A stretch of 64,000 bases of DNA from contig NC_043019.1 in NCBI RefSeq assembly GCF_006345805.1, forward strand, positions 5,641,360 to 5,705,359. The letters are read 5' to 3'. Each line of letters opens with the position of its first letter. The first letter of the stretch is position 1. The notes below the pieces were generated by a model. It saw only the letters and a program-made list of their open reading frames with translations, did no database searches and was not told where the DNA came from. Made by a program: the position numbers and the translations under genes. The DNA is from Octopus sinensis (Eukaryota). Shown here piece after piece: positions 12,659-25,210 of the stretch.

Positions 12659-12839
12659 CATACATATACATATATACGATAGGCTTCTTTTAGTTTCCGT
12701 CTAGCAAATTCACTCGCAAGGCTTTGGTCGGCTGGAGGCTATAGTAGAAGACATTTGCCCATAGTGCCACGCAGTGGGACTGAACCTGGAACCATGTGGT
12801 TGGTAAGCAAGCTACTTACCACACAGCCACTCCTGTGCC
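12416..12839 (-). mobile_element. SINE family A, full length
   Basis: Reverse-complement copy of family A. Confidence 0.93.
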
Positions 12840-13368
12840 TGTTGAATTTTTTTTTTATTGAAGAAATTTGAGGTATGGCGAAGTGCATGGATGTGCACCA
12901 TATTTTGATAAGAAAAACCAAAAAAAATTGCAGACAATGCAAATTTCTGTGCACACACCCACTGCAAAAATTTAAAGGGAACATTGGTCAGTGTGAGTGG
13001 ATGACGACAGAAGGTGTTAGCATTTATGCAGATGAGGATGATGATGATGGCAATGATAGCAAAGATGGTAGTAATAGGGACACGTAGTGGTTGAAGAAGA
13101 TGGTGATTGATTTAATGCTAATGAAACAGTGAAGGAAGTAATAGAAAGTGGGGAGGTGTTGGTGGTGATGAAGGTGTCATTGCTGTCATAATCCTTGACT
13201 ATCCCTTCTTTACTTCCTTGTGAGTCTACGACACACCTTCGCTCTGAGACCAGTGAAGCAGAGTGCACCTAGTACAATAAATATCATCATCATCATCATA
13301 CATACATATATATATATATGCATGCACATATATATAAGCACATACATATATATATATATATATATATA

Positions 13369-13770
13369 GGCGTAGGAGTGGCTGTGTGGTAAGTAGCTTG
13401 CTTACCAGCCTCATGGATTTGGGTTCAGTCCCGCTGCATGGCATCTTGGGCAAATGTCTGCTACTATAGCCTTGGGCCAACCAAAGCCTCATGAGTGGAT
13501 TTGGTAGACGGAAACTGAAAGAAGCCCATCATATATATATATATATGTATGTGTGTGTGTATGTTTGTGTCTGTGTTTGTCCCCTAGCATTGCTTGACAA
13601 CCGATGCTGGTGTGTTTATGTCTCCGTCACTTAGTGGTTCGGCAAAAGAGACCGATAGACTAAGTACAAGGCTTACAACGAATAAGTCCTGGGGTTGATT
13701 TGCTCGACTGAAGGTGGTGCTCCAGCATGGCCACAGTCAAATGACTGAAACAAGTAAAAGAGTAAAAGAG
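13369..13770 (+). mobile_element. SINE family A, full length
   Basis: GGCGTAGGAGTGGCTGTGTGG head through AAAAGAGTAAAAGAG tail. Confidence 0.93.
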
Positions 13771-14033
13771 CATATATACATATATTCATTTATTCTTTTA
13801 CTTGTCTCAGTCAGTAGATTGCGACCATGCTGGAGTATCACCTTGAAGAATTTTAGTCGAAGGAATTGACCCCAGTGCTTTTTTTAAAAAATCTGATACT
13901 TATTCTATCGATTCCTTTTGCCAAACTGCTAAGTTACAGAGACTTAAACACATCAACACCAGTTGTGAAGCAGTAGTGGGGGCAAATACAGACAGACACA
14001 CACACACACACACAAACACACATGTATACATAC

Positions 14034-14068
<35 letters not shown>

Positions 14069-14072
14069 TACA

Positions 14073-14106
<34 letters not shown>

Positions 14107-14259
14107 CATACATACATACATACATACATACATACATACATACATACATACATACATACATACACACGTACATATAATCATTCTTGTAGAAGAATGAAAG
14201 AATTGTACTCTAGAAGAGTAATCCATCAGATTAATGTAAAATTGTTTTTATTTATAACT

Positions 14260-15047
14260 GATCATTCCACCACCACATAATCCTAGGTCTCGATGGGGCT
14301 TTGCACCATCCACGGATTTGGTCTGTGACACTCAGCAACTTGTCCCTCAGGAATTCCCAGTTGCAATCTATGTCACAAGTCTGGGATCTTTTCCTTTTGA
14401 TGGACGGAATTTTCTAGTTAACTAAAAAATTTGAAACTTCGTATACTGGTAGAATGTGTCAAAAGAAAACATTATTGTAAACAAAATTGAAAACAAAATT
14501 GTAATTTGTATGTTTAACGTAGTTTAATGATTCGAATTCTGTCCATCAAAAGGAAAAGATCCCAAGTCTGTAGCTCCTCCTCCTTTTCATTAAATTTCTC
14601 AGTTAGGATCTCCCTAAATCTCTGACCTAAATCTCTGGTCCTTAAGCTTCCAAATCCTTCTTTTCCAGATTGGTTTACTTCTTGGTATCCTTCTGATCTG
14701 GAGTTTAAAGTCACTAATGATTAGTCTATGCTGGTGGGGGGTACATTCTTCACCAGGGAAGGTCTTTGTATTTTGGAGCAACCATGCATCTCGCTGTCTG
14801 GTAAGAATGTAATCGATCTGGCTAGCACAGACACCTGATTGATAGATTATCAGGTGGCTGGCTGGCTTCCTGAAGTTGGTGTTGCATATCAAAAGGTTAT
14901 TTGCATCACAGAGCTCCAGCAGCATTATTCCCTCTTCTTTTCAGGACCCAATTCTGTGGCCCCTATGCACACCATGGAAGATACCAGGCTGCCGTCTGCC
15001 ATGCCCATTGAAATCTCCAGCCACAAAGAGGAGATCATTGTCATACA
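14260..15047 (-). mobile_element. Decayed RTE LINE, apurinic endonuclease and linker region
   Basis: ORF 14614-14925 LLELCDANNLLICNTNFRK...SQIDYIL...HQHRLIISDF; upstream GDFNGH; downstream WWN motif once the MITE is removed. Confidence 0.9.
14384..14562. mobile_element. 179-bp MITE with GGATCTTTTC termini and 8-bp TSD (Merlin-like)
   Basis: TIR GGATCTTTTCCTTTTGATGGAC; TSD CAAGTCTG at 14376-83 and 14563-70; removal restores the RTE frame EEELQTCDIDCNWEF. Confidence 0.85.
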
Positions 15048-15445
15048 ATGGACTTTTTTCAGTTTCTGTCTATCAAATCCATTGGTTGACCTGAGGTGAT
15101 AGAAGAAGAAATTTGCATAAGGTGCCACACAGTGGGACTGAACCATAAAGCATATGGTTGGGAAGCAAACTTCTCACCACACAACCACAGCTGAACCTAT
15201 ATGTGTGTGTGTGTGTGTGTGTGTGCAAAAATATACAAGCCCTTGTACAGTGTCTCACCTGTTGATGATAGGAATTAGAGGAGATAGAAATAAAATCCAT
15301 AAACAAAAACAAACAGAAATGGAACAAAGTATTGGAAGGAAGGAAAAACAAAGAGATTGGATTAAGATTTATGTTATGTATGTGTGTCTGGTGAGAGAGA
15401 GAGATTATACACACACACACACACACATATATATATGTGTGTGTA

Positions 15446-15476
<31 letters not shown>

Positions 15477-15489
15477 TTATATGTATATG

Positions 15490-15529
<40 letters not shown>

Positions 15530-15859
15530 GTATACATACATACATGTATTTATATGTATATATGTGTGTATGTATGTATATGTATATATACACAAGAGCA
15601 GAAAGACAAACAAACAATAACAGGTGTAAGGAGTGTGTTTAGGAAAAGTTGCATTCAATTTACATATGTTATCAGTTCATACTCACACATACACATATAT
15701 ATGTGTGTGTGTGTGTGTCTGTCCTTAGTTACACCTAAATCTCACCTGAACAGGTTACTAGATTCTGTTGCAGGTGACAAATTTGATACTTCCTACCTGT
15801 TTACTTTTACCACCACCACAGTTGAGGTGAAAGAAATATATTAGTTTGAAACTTCAGTG

Positions 15860-16065
15860 CAGGGCCAACAATTTTAGGTGGGTGTGGGGATTTAGCTGAT
15901 TACATTGACCCCCCCCTCCCAGTATTCAACTGCTACTTATTTTATTGACCCTGAAGGAATGGAAAGAAATTGGTCTCAGCAGAATTTGAACTCAGAATGT
16001 GAAGGTAGACAAAATTCTGATAAGCATTTTGCTCAGCGTGTTAACCGCTTTGCTGCTTGCTGCCT
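15860..16065 (-). mobile_element. SINE family B, diverged
   Basis: GAATTTGAACTCAGAA and ATTGACCCTGAAGGAATG match family B. Confidence 0.7.
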
Positions 16066-16116
16066 AAGGTAAAAGAAAAAATATTGAGAATTAACTGCTC
16101 TTTCCCAAGGAGGGAG

Positions 16117-16177
<61 letters not shown>

Positions 16178-17796
16178 GAGAGATTGTAATGTCTGTATGT
16201 CTGATACTATAACACACAGGATGTGAGCCCATGTATCTGTCGGCGAATATTGTTTAGTACATTCTCTCATGACCCCTTTACACTCCATGCACACACATAC
16301 AGAGGCATGTAGTACATGGGGACAGCACAAAGGGGATTTACACAACAGACATTGTGGACCTAAGCAATAAAAGGAGTGGTTGACCAGCAGAACCTGTCCC
16401 ATCCATAGGAAGTGAAAGGGTGTATATTCCAATTTAGTCAGGCACAGGTGTAGCTGGGTGCTAAGAAGTTTGCTTCCCAACCACATGGTTCTGAGTTCAG
16501 TCCCACTGCATGGCACCTAGAGGTCAAGGCTGGTCCAGACACAAGCACTTCAAGTGGGTCCTTGATCTGCCGACAGAAACCACTGTCCTGTATATATCTG
16601 CCTCTTCAGGTCCTGTTACAAACCTACAGACTTGCTGTTTTGAATGAATCCCTCTTTTACTCCTCAGTCCTCTTCAAAAATGGTGACCGCCAACCCTTCT
16701 TCCAATGATGATGACCACCTCTGCTTCTAATGGTGACCTCTGCTCCTACTTCTAATGCTGACAATCACCTCTGCTTCCAATGGTGACCACCACCTCTATA
16801 TCTAACACTATGATTATGACATCATCCTGACAAGCAGAGCACCAAAACAGAGAAGAAATAAGAGAGGGCAATCTTGATGGACAGAGCATTTTGGTGGACA
16901 GGGTATGCAAGTATACAGGTATACAGTGTAACAGCTATGCCCTGCATGGTTAGGGGCTACCATTTGGCAAGGCATAGGACCCGTTCAGCCACCCTACAAG
17001 GGATATGGCAAAGTCATTGGACCGTAGCATCGTAAATTGTAAAGTGGTAGCACAAGAGCTCAGACGAGCCAATGGTGCTTCTTACATTGATGCTGAGCAG
17101 AGGGATCTTAGGAAATCAATAGTCAAGATCACCAAGCTCTATCAAGAGAGTAACTGCAAATGCATCCATAGGGGTGGTGGCCATGGTTGTGTAATCAGTT
17201 AATAACAATGGAATTGGATGGAATCCATGAAAGCAGCGGGGGAAAAAAATCAGAAGTCACAATCAATATTATTATTAATTATATATAAGTAATTGTTATC
17301 TCATAATCTACCTAAATATTATATAATAAATAAATAATAATAAGTAATTAATTATAATACACACACACACATTTATATATGTGTGCATACATATGTGTGT
17401 GTGTGTATGTATGTATATACACAGTAAAAACAAGAGATTAGGATGGAAATTCGTAAATCCTTTAAGGATTTACGAATTCCCATCCAATGTTCTTGTTATT
17501 ATATTCATCCTACACTATACCAGAACCAGAATAATATCCTTCCCATAAATTTACTTTGGAAGATGGAAACAATAAGTAGAAGCTGGAATAGATACCTTGG
17601 GGACTTTTATGAATGCACGCAAAAATGTGTCACATAAACAGACTTAAAGGATATATATATTCATACACACACACACACACATATACATAAATATACATAT
17701 ATATATACATATACATAAATATACACATATACATATATATACATACACATATATATACATACACATATATATACATACACATATATATACATATAC

Positions 17797-17830
<34 letters not shown>

Positions 17831-18181
17831 TGGTGTTGTTTTTATATGTGTGACTGTATATATGTTATATATATATATATTATATATATATATATATATC
17901 TATATATACTGTTACTATATATATATCCACATGTCTATATATATATATGTATATACAGTCACACATATAAAACAAACACCACAACATCACAACAAAAGGA
18001 TTTCAACTTTGGTGCTACAAACGCTGTGATAACTAGAACAGAACCACAACAACAAAATGTTATACTGAACGGCTTAAAAATTCAACAACTAGAACAGACC
18101 AAACAATTTTGTGTAATAACTCAAAACTGGAAACAAGTGTGAAATTATGAAATAAATTTAAAAACAAAACTGAATTTATAC

Positions 18182-18214
18182 CTGTTCCTGGAGGTGGTGG
18201 TGGTGAAATTTTAC
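18182..18214 (-). CDS. Candidate 33-nt micro-exon (G)KISPPPPPGT
   Basis: ctacctgaaatag acceptor, gtataa donor, phase 1-1, open frame; could be chance. Confidence 0.3.
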
Positions 18215-18689
18215 CTATTTCAGGTAGAGATTAATAAATATTAAATCTGTTATACTAACTATTTGCTGTACTTAATAAGTACTATATTAGGGATGGTAAC
18301 TTATTTCAAAATTAGAGAAAAAAAAAAGATATGGAACGTCAACGAATTTTTTAACTAAAGCATCATGGGAATTATTTGAAAATAAATGGCAACAGTCAAC
18401 AAAAGCTTTCTCTTTCTTTGTTTGTTTGCCTTTATATAATTACAGGTGGCCTTGATACAAAAAATTACTGTGGTATAACTGGTGGTATACGAACGTTTAC
18501 ATGAAAGGGAAATTATGCATGTTCACATGTGTGTGATGAGTTTGTTTACTTACAAATATGCAAATATATAATATATTTATATATATATATATATTATATA
18601 TGTATGGATGTATATATGTTATATATGAGTATATGTGTATTATTTTATATATGTTATATGAATATATATACATCTAGCCATAAGTGTGT

Positions 18690-18723
<34 letters not shown>

Positions 18724-18943
18724 ATTATATATTATACTTGGAATTTACAAAAGAAAAAAGGTGAAGACAGGTATGTAAAACAACAAAACATGTGTTGTAT
18801 TAGTTTAACAATCAGGAAGGTGAGAAAGCCTTTTACATTTCAAGATTTACGGTCTCAACAGAAAGGAACACAACGAAAATAAAGAGAGAGAGAAGTAAAA
18901 AAAATGGTTTAGTGGCAAGCATACATACATTACATAATATATA

Positions 18944-18989
<46 letters not shown>

Positions 18990-19057
18990 TATATTATATA
19001 TATATACACAACAGATATTACAAAACCTATATATATATATACATTTTTACCAATTCA

Positions 19058-19100
<43 letters not shown>

Positions 19101-19272
19101 GGCATAGGTGTGGTTATGTGCCAAGAAGCTTGTCTCCCAAACACATGGTTCTGAGTTCTGTACCACTGCATGGCACCTTGGGCAAGTTTCTTCTACTATA
19201 GCCCCATGCTTACCAAAGCTCTGTGAGTGGATTTGGTAGATGGAAACTGAAAGAAGCCCATCATATATTCAT

Positions 19273-19325
<53 letters not shown>

Positions 19326-19589
19326 TTTACGTATATATATATGTACATATATATGCTTGTGTGTATATATATATTTGTACATATATATATTCTTATTCAC
19401 ATATTTCTTTTTTTTTTATTGTATGTATATATATGCATATTTTACTTTCATGAACATCTATATATTTAAATCTTTATATTTTTAAATTGCATATCTTTTA
19501 CTTTTATATTTATATATATTATTTATATTAATTCATATTTATATTTACCAATCACATTATATATATATTATATATATATATACTATATG

Positions 19590-19970
19590 GATGGAAGCAC
19601 TCCGTCGGTTCCACGACGAGGGTTCCGTTGATCCGAATCAACGGAACAGCCTGCCTCGTGAAATTACCGTGTAAGTGATGAGCACTCCACAGACACGTGT
19701 ACCCTAACGTAGTTCTTGGGGATATTCAGTGTGACACAGAGAGTGACAAGCCGGCCCTTTGAAATACCGGTACCCAGAAAAGGAAGTAAGAGTGAGAGAA
19801 AGTTGTGGTGAAAGAGTACAGCAGGGATCACCAATCATCCCTGCCGGAGCCTCGTGGAGCTTTAGGTGTTTTCGCTCAATAAACACTCACAACGCCCGGT
19901 CTGGGAATTGAAACCGCGATCCTATGACCGCGAGTCCGCTGCCCTAACCACTGGGCCATTGCGCCTCCAC
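19590..19970 (-). mobile_element. SINE family E (tRNA head), tail type 1
   Basis: Head GTGGAGGCGCAATGGCCCAGTGGTTAGGGCAGCGGACTCGCGG..GGTTTCAATTCCC; tail contains hairpin GTTCCGTTGAT/ATCAACGGAAC. Confidence 0.88.
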
Positions 19971-20342
19971 TATATATATATATATATATACGTACACACA
20001 CACACATATCTATACCAGTATATTTATATATATATGAACACACACATGTATATATATATATATACACATATATATACATATATATCTATGCATATATATA
20101 AGGTAAAAAATAGATATTAATTTTTCACCAGTTGCTAGCGTGAGTGAAAATGTCTGTAGACTGTAAATATTATTATATTATATGTGTGTATAAGAGTTAT
20201 ACACTAAGGAAAAGCCACCAAGTGGTTTTCCATGATGCTAGAATTGGGAGCTAAATCTCAAACCCCCAAAAAGCTATTTCTATTTTGGCACGTAGAATGT
20301 AGGCGGGCAGGACAATTTCACGAGAATTCAAAATGATTAGTC

Positions 20343-20392
<50 letters not shown>

Positions 20393-20753
20393 TAGATATA
20401 TATATGTATATATATACGTTTTATATTGTTGTGCAAGATTTTATTTTTTTTTATTATTATTATTACTACTATTGTTGTTTATACATACATACATACAAGC
20501 ATATGTAATAATAATAATAATAAGTGGGTGTAAACACATGAACAAAATAAGAATAAACAAAAACAAATTACACGAACGTATATAAACAGAAGATACAAAT
20601 ATTACAGGCATTTAACCACACACACACACACTAACTAAACATAGACGCACATAGAGATATATGCATGCGCAAATGAAGACACATACAATAGAAATACAAA
20701 ATGGCTGGCGGTTAGTAAGGAGAGACACATAAATAAGAAAGAAGAAAACAAAA

Positions 20754-20803
20754 GGACCACTGATGAGGTCACAGGAGTGTGACGAAAGAACTCCGGCCGA
20801 AAT
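20754..20803 (+). ncRNA. Possible degenerate hammerhead motif
   Basis: GGACCA-CTGATGA-G-GTCAC-AGGAGT-GTGAC-GAAA-GAA-CTC-CGGCC; stem I only partly paired. Confidence 0.4.
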
Positions 20804-20927
20804 AAGATTAAGATTAATGTAAAAAAATAAATAACGCTGAAGCAAAGTAACACCAAATATATAGTGCATGTGTTTTTATTGGCTAAACTGGCAAAATGAC
20901 CTTTCCTAAATACAGCAATATGTATAT

Positions 20928-21329
20928 ACTCTTTTACTCTTTTACTTGTTTCAGTCATTTGACTGTGGCCATGCTGGAGCACCGCCTTTAGTCGAGCAAA
21001 TCGACCCCGAGACTTCTTTGTAAGCCCAGTACTTATTCTATTGGTCTCTTTTGCCGAACCGCTAAGTGACGGGGACGTAAACACACCAGCATCGGTTGTC
21101 AAGCAATGCTAGGGGGACAAACACAGACACACAAACACACACACATACACATATATATATATAAATATATACGACAGGCTTCTTTCAGTTTCTGTCTACC
21201 AAATCCACTCACAAGGCATTGGTCGGCCCGGGGCTATAGTAGAAGACACTTGCCCAAGATGCCATGCAGTTGGACTGAACCCGGAACCATGTGGTTGGTT
21301 AGCAAGCTACTTACCACACAGCCACTCCT
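20928..21329 (-). mobile_element. SINE family A, full length
   Basis: Reverse-complement copy of family A. Confidence 0.93.
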
Positions 21330-21621
21330 TATATATATATATAAATTACTTAGATTACTTAGATAAGTTGTGGCCGAAGTTAGTCCAGGCCATGTCTAAT
21401 TTAATAGCTGGAAGAGATACCCAATCAGCTCTTGGGCACCATAGCCCATTTCAGTAGTGAGTTATTGCTTTCAGAGACATATCCGGCTGTGTGTGTGTGG
21501 TTTGTCTGGTATTTGTTGGAGGTAATCATACACACACACACACACACACACACAAGCAACACACACATGCACATATATATATATATATTATAACTACCTA
21601 TCCACCTATATACGTATGTAT

Positions 21622-21900
21622 GGTGAAGTCACATGACTTCGTGGCCAGAGTATTCAGCTCAGGAAAGTAATGTCTTGAGTTCAATTCCTGGTAAGCAAAA
21701 CACTTTGTTTCACATTGCTTCTGTCCATTCAGCTGACAGAAATGGGTTGTACCTGGAATTTAATTCAAGGGTCAGCCATGTAACATTAAGAATCTCCCTG
21801 AAAACTACATTAAATCTATGTCTGTTTGTGGAGTGCTCAGTCACTTGAACGTTAATTTCATGAGTTGGCTGTTTGGTAGATCATGTCAACTGGAACACTT
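21622..21900 (+). mobile_element. Old tRNA-headed SINE with a type-1-like tail
   Basis: GAGTTCAATTCC B box; 3' part is the reverse complement of the 19590-19720 tail. Confidence 0.6.
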
Positions 21901-21960
21901 GTCAGAGAAACTGACAGAGTGCTCTCCTTTTTAATGTGCGTCTCTATATGTATATATATA

Positions 21961-22078
21961 TCACCGTGATTACCGTGACCGACCAGGCTATCAGATGTTG
22001 CTACACATCGCTGGTCACAATGTGCTTCACATTGTTTTAGCCTTCGAATGACACCACCCTGCTGGCTAAGTGACCAGG

Positions 22079-22082
<4 letters not shown>
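21961..22082 (-). mobile_element. SINE family E tail type 2, solo, inside (TA)n
   Basis: Close match to 47237-47360; flanked by (TA)n on both sides. Confidence 0.85.
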
Positions 22083-22120
<38 letters not shown>

Positions 22121-22125
<5 letters not shown>

Positions 22126-22383
22126 GTAAAGAGTGAAAAAACGACAGAAGGCTTAAATGTTAAAAAATATATATATTTGCGTCAATATGTCTGAAGAATA
22201 TTAGAAAATTTTAAAGAAATTTGAAAAGCTAAATGCGAAACCGCTCTTTCTTTAAAAATTATGTCATTATAAGGAAAAAAAACTTTTAAAAAAAATTTTC
22301 TAATATTCTTCAGACATATTGACGCAAATATATATATTTTTTAACATTTAAGCCTTCTGTTGTTTTTTGACTCTTTACTATTT
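22121..22383. repeat. Foldback inverted repeat, ~92-bp arms, ~79-bp spacer
   Basis: 22121-22212 is the reverse complement of 22292-22383 with 2 mismatches. Confidence 0.92.
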
Positions 22384-22666
22384 TTTATATATTCACCCAC
22401 ATGCTTTCACAAACCAACTTTCTTATCTATATATATATATATAAATATCTTTTATCTTTTACTTGTTTCTCTCATGAGACTATGGCCATGCTGGGGCACT
22501 GCCTTAAAGGGTTTTAGTCAAACAACTCATCTCCAGGACTTTTTTCTTTAAGCCTAATACTTATTCTTGTGGTCTCTTTTGCTGAACCACTAAGTTACAT
22601 AGATGTAATCACATTAACACTGGGGTGGGGGACACATACAGACACATACCCATAAATAAATAAATA

Positions 22667-22707
<41 letters not shown>

Positions 22708-22768
22708 TTTTTCTGTAATGAAATAAAAAACCAAGGCTGTGTAGATATTAGAACATTATAGATTAGAA

Positions 22769-22820
22769 GGTCTTACAGCTATTCCAGGATATTTATTAAT
22801 TATATCCCTTCATCGGAGAC
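22769..22820 (-). ncRNA. Degenerate hammerhead motif
   Basis: GTCT-CCGATGA-AGGGATAT..ATATCCT-GGAAT-AGCT-GTA-AGAC: stems I and II and AGCT-GTA retained, core mutated. Confidence 0.55.
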
Positions 22821-22855
22821 AGTGTGAGAGGATGGTTATCTATACATATATATAT

Positions 22856-22895
<40 letters not shown>

Positions 22896-23037
22896 CATAC
22901 ATACATATATATTATACATACATATATATATAACAATTGCAGCGGGAAGGTGCTATGCGAGTACATCTCCTATATATATATATATATATAATATATAGTA
23001 TGTATGTATATATATGTATATATATGTATTATATATG

Positions 23038-23074
<37 letters not shown>

Positions 23075-23087
23075 TATATAATATATC

Positions 23088-23120
<33 letters not shown>

Positions 23121-23224
23121 CCACACACATTTGTTGGTATGTAACATATATATATATATATATATATATATGTAAATAAGTATATGTTTTGTAAAATATA
23201 AGCATATATGTTTGCACGCGGTGC

Positions 23225-23266
<42 letters not shown>

Positions 23267-23915
23267 GTAAACTAAGGAAAGGAATTCCTTCAAAGTGAAT
23301 ATATAACCTATGTTCTATTGTTTATGTGTGTGTGTGTGTGTGTGTGTGTTGTGTGTGTGTCTGTGTGTGTGTGTGTGTATGTAAGATTCTGTAACAGTTT
23401 GCCTCGTTATTTTAGATGTTTCACCAAACATACAACATAATTAATAAGATTCGTTGAGGTGAAGTCATTAAAATAGTTATATTAAATGACCTCATAGCAC
23501 TTTAACCATTTAACCACTTGAAGTGCTACTAACTCAGCTTCTCGTTGCGTTACTATATGATATAGATGGCTCGTTAAATGACTAATTATGAAATATGTGT
23601 GTTTATTCGTTTACATAATTTTTATTTATAACCTATGTTCTATTTTCGTTTTAACTTTCTTTTTCTGATATTTTCAAATAAATGTAGTTCACATGTTCAC
23701 ATAAACACATATATACACATATATACTTAATTGTCCTCAATTTAAGAACCAGTCTTTCATGCTTGCATGGGTTAAAAGAGATTCTCTGAGGTTCTTGATG
23801 TTCTACGGCCAGTTGCCAACCACCATCACCTCTTTCCATCTTAGATTAACGACCTTACAATCGTAAGCCGAACACCCTAACCACTAAGCCACGTGCCTTC
23901 ATATGTACTATATAT

Positions 23916-24323
23916 ACTCTTTTACTCTTTTACTCTTTTACTCTTTTACTTGTTTTAGTCATTTGACTGTGGCCATGCTGGAGCACCGCCTTTAGTCGAG
24001 CAAATCGACCCCGGGACTTATTCTTTGGAAGCCCAGTACTTATTCTATTGGTCTCTTTTGCCGAACCGCTAAGTGACAGGGACGTAAACACACCAGCATC
24101 GGTTGTCAAGCAATGCTAGGGGGACAAACGCAGACACACAAACATACATACACACATAAATATATATATACATATATACGATGGGCTTCTTTCAGTTTCC
24201 GTCTACCAAATCCACTCACAAGGCTTTGGTTGGCCCGAGGCTATAGTAGAAGACACTTGCCCAACATGCCACGCAGTGGGACTGAATCCGGAAGCATGTG
24301 GTTGGTAAGCAAGCTACTTACCA
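23916..24323 (-). mobile_element. SINE family A, near full length
   Basis: Reverse-complement copy with a long (ACTCTTTT)n tail. Confidence 0.92.
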
Positions 24324-24361
<38 letters not shown>

Positions 24362-24894
24362 CATGCTCTCCCCCCCTCTCTCTCTCCCACACACATACAC
24401 GCACACACACACATACATGTAAATATCATCGTCATTTAACATGCACCTTCCATGCATTCCATGCAAGTAAGGGTCGAAAAATTTGATAGGATTCAGTGTG
24501 CTGAGCTCTGGTTGGATGCCCATCCTAATGCCTACCGCTTTGTGGAGTGACCTGGGTACTTGTGCGTAGCACTGGTACTAGTGCAGTCACCAAGTAACAC
24601 ACAAGATAAGGGCCCCTCAAGTGAGTGGGGGAGGTGGCTTTGTGCCAGGTGTTGAGAAGTTAAAGTATGATAGAGGGACAGGAACAGGTGGCTTTACTGT
24701 AAAGGAGAAAGATGGCTACCCCAGTTGGAAAGGTAAAAAAGATGGTGGTGATGAGATGTCTGGGTGTACATCTTTCAATATCATTATGATTATTATTATT
24801 ATTATGGCCAGGTTCCAACCTAGGCTGCAGCAGCAGCAAAGTCCACCCGCCACACTTCTCAGTCCATCATCACTGCCTTGGGGTCATGGATACA

Positions 24895-25210
24895 TTCCAT
24901 CCCAGTGTCTGTGATCAAGTTGCTGATGTAAGTGTGACAACGACTGCCTCTTCTTACATCACCATGAAGTGGGTTCCACAAGACTAATTTGGATGCTTCC
25001 AGCTCAGGGCAGTGCATGCAGTGACCAAATTGTCACAGTCCTCTTTGCCTGATCTTCTCACTAAACTTTTGGCAGATCTCCATAAAGGCTTTCATTTGTC
25101 ATATGTTGGTGCCATTTTGAAATTAAGGCCATTCACAGTATCCTTGTGGAGCATCCAGTTAACCCATTTGATATCTTTATGTAATAGCCAGAGACTGTTC
25201 AATACTCAGA
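24895..25210 (-). mobile_element. Decayed RTE-X-like LINE 3' coding end
   Basis: Remnants WHQHMTNESLYGDLPKFSEKIRQR..FGHC..ASKLVLW.P.HG..RG..TYISNL..DTG. Confidence 0.65.

Noticed and set aside
15773-15825. Plus-strand exon candidate GDKFDTSYLFTFTTTTVE
   Set aside because: Splice sites are plausible but no coherent partner exons were found; an overlapping minus-strand candidate is equally weak.
16800-17200. Coding-like stretch (ORF 17005-17202)
   Set aside because: Possibly an old LINE remnant, but it has no motif I can identify.
17960-18500. Plus-strand reading FIPVPGGGGGEILPISG spliced to GLDTKNYCGITGG
   Set aside because: An in-frame stop lies a few codons upstream with no acceptor or ATG between, so it cannot be a normal exon.
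18825-18870. Minus-strand CTGTTGA...GAAATGTA motif
   Set aside because: Possibly an HHR relic, but both core and stem II are mutated beyond support.
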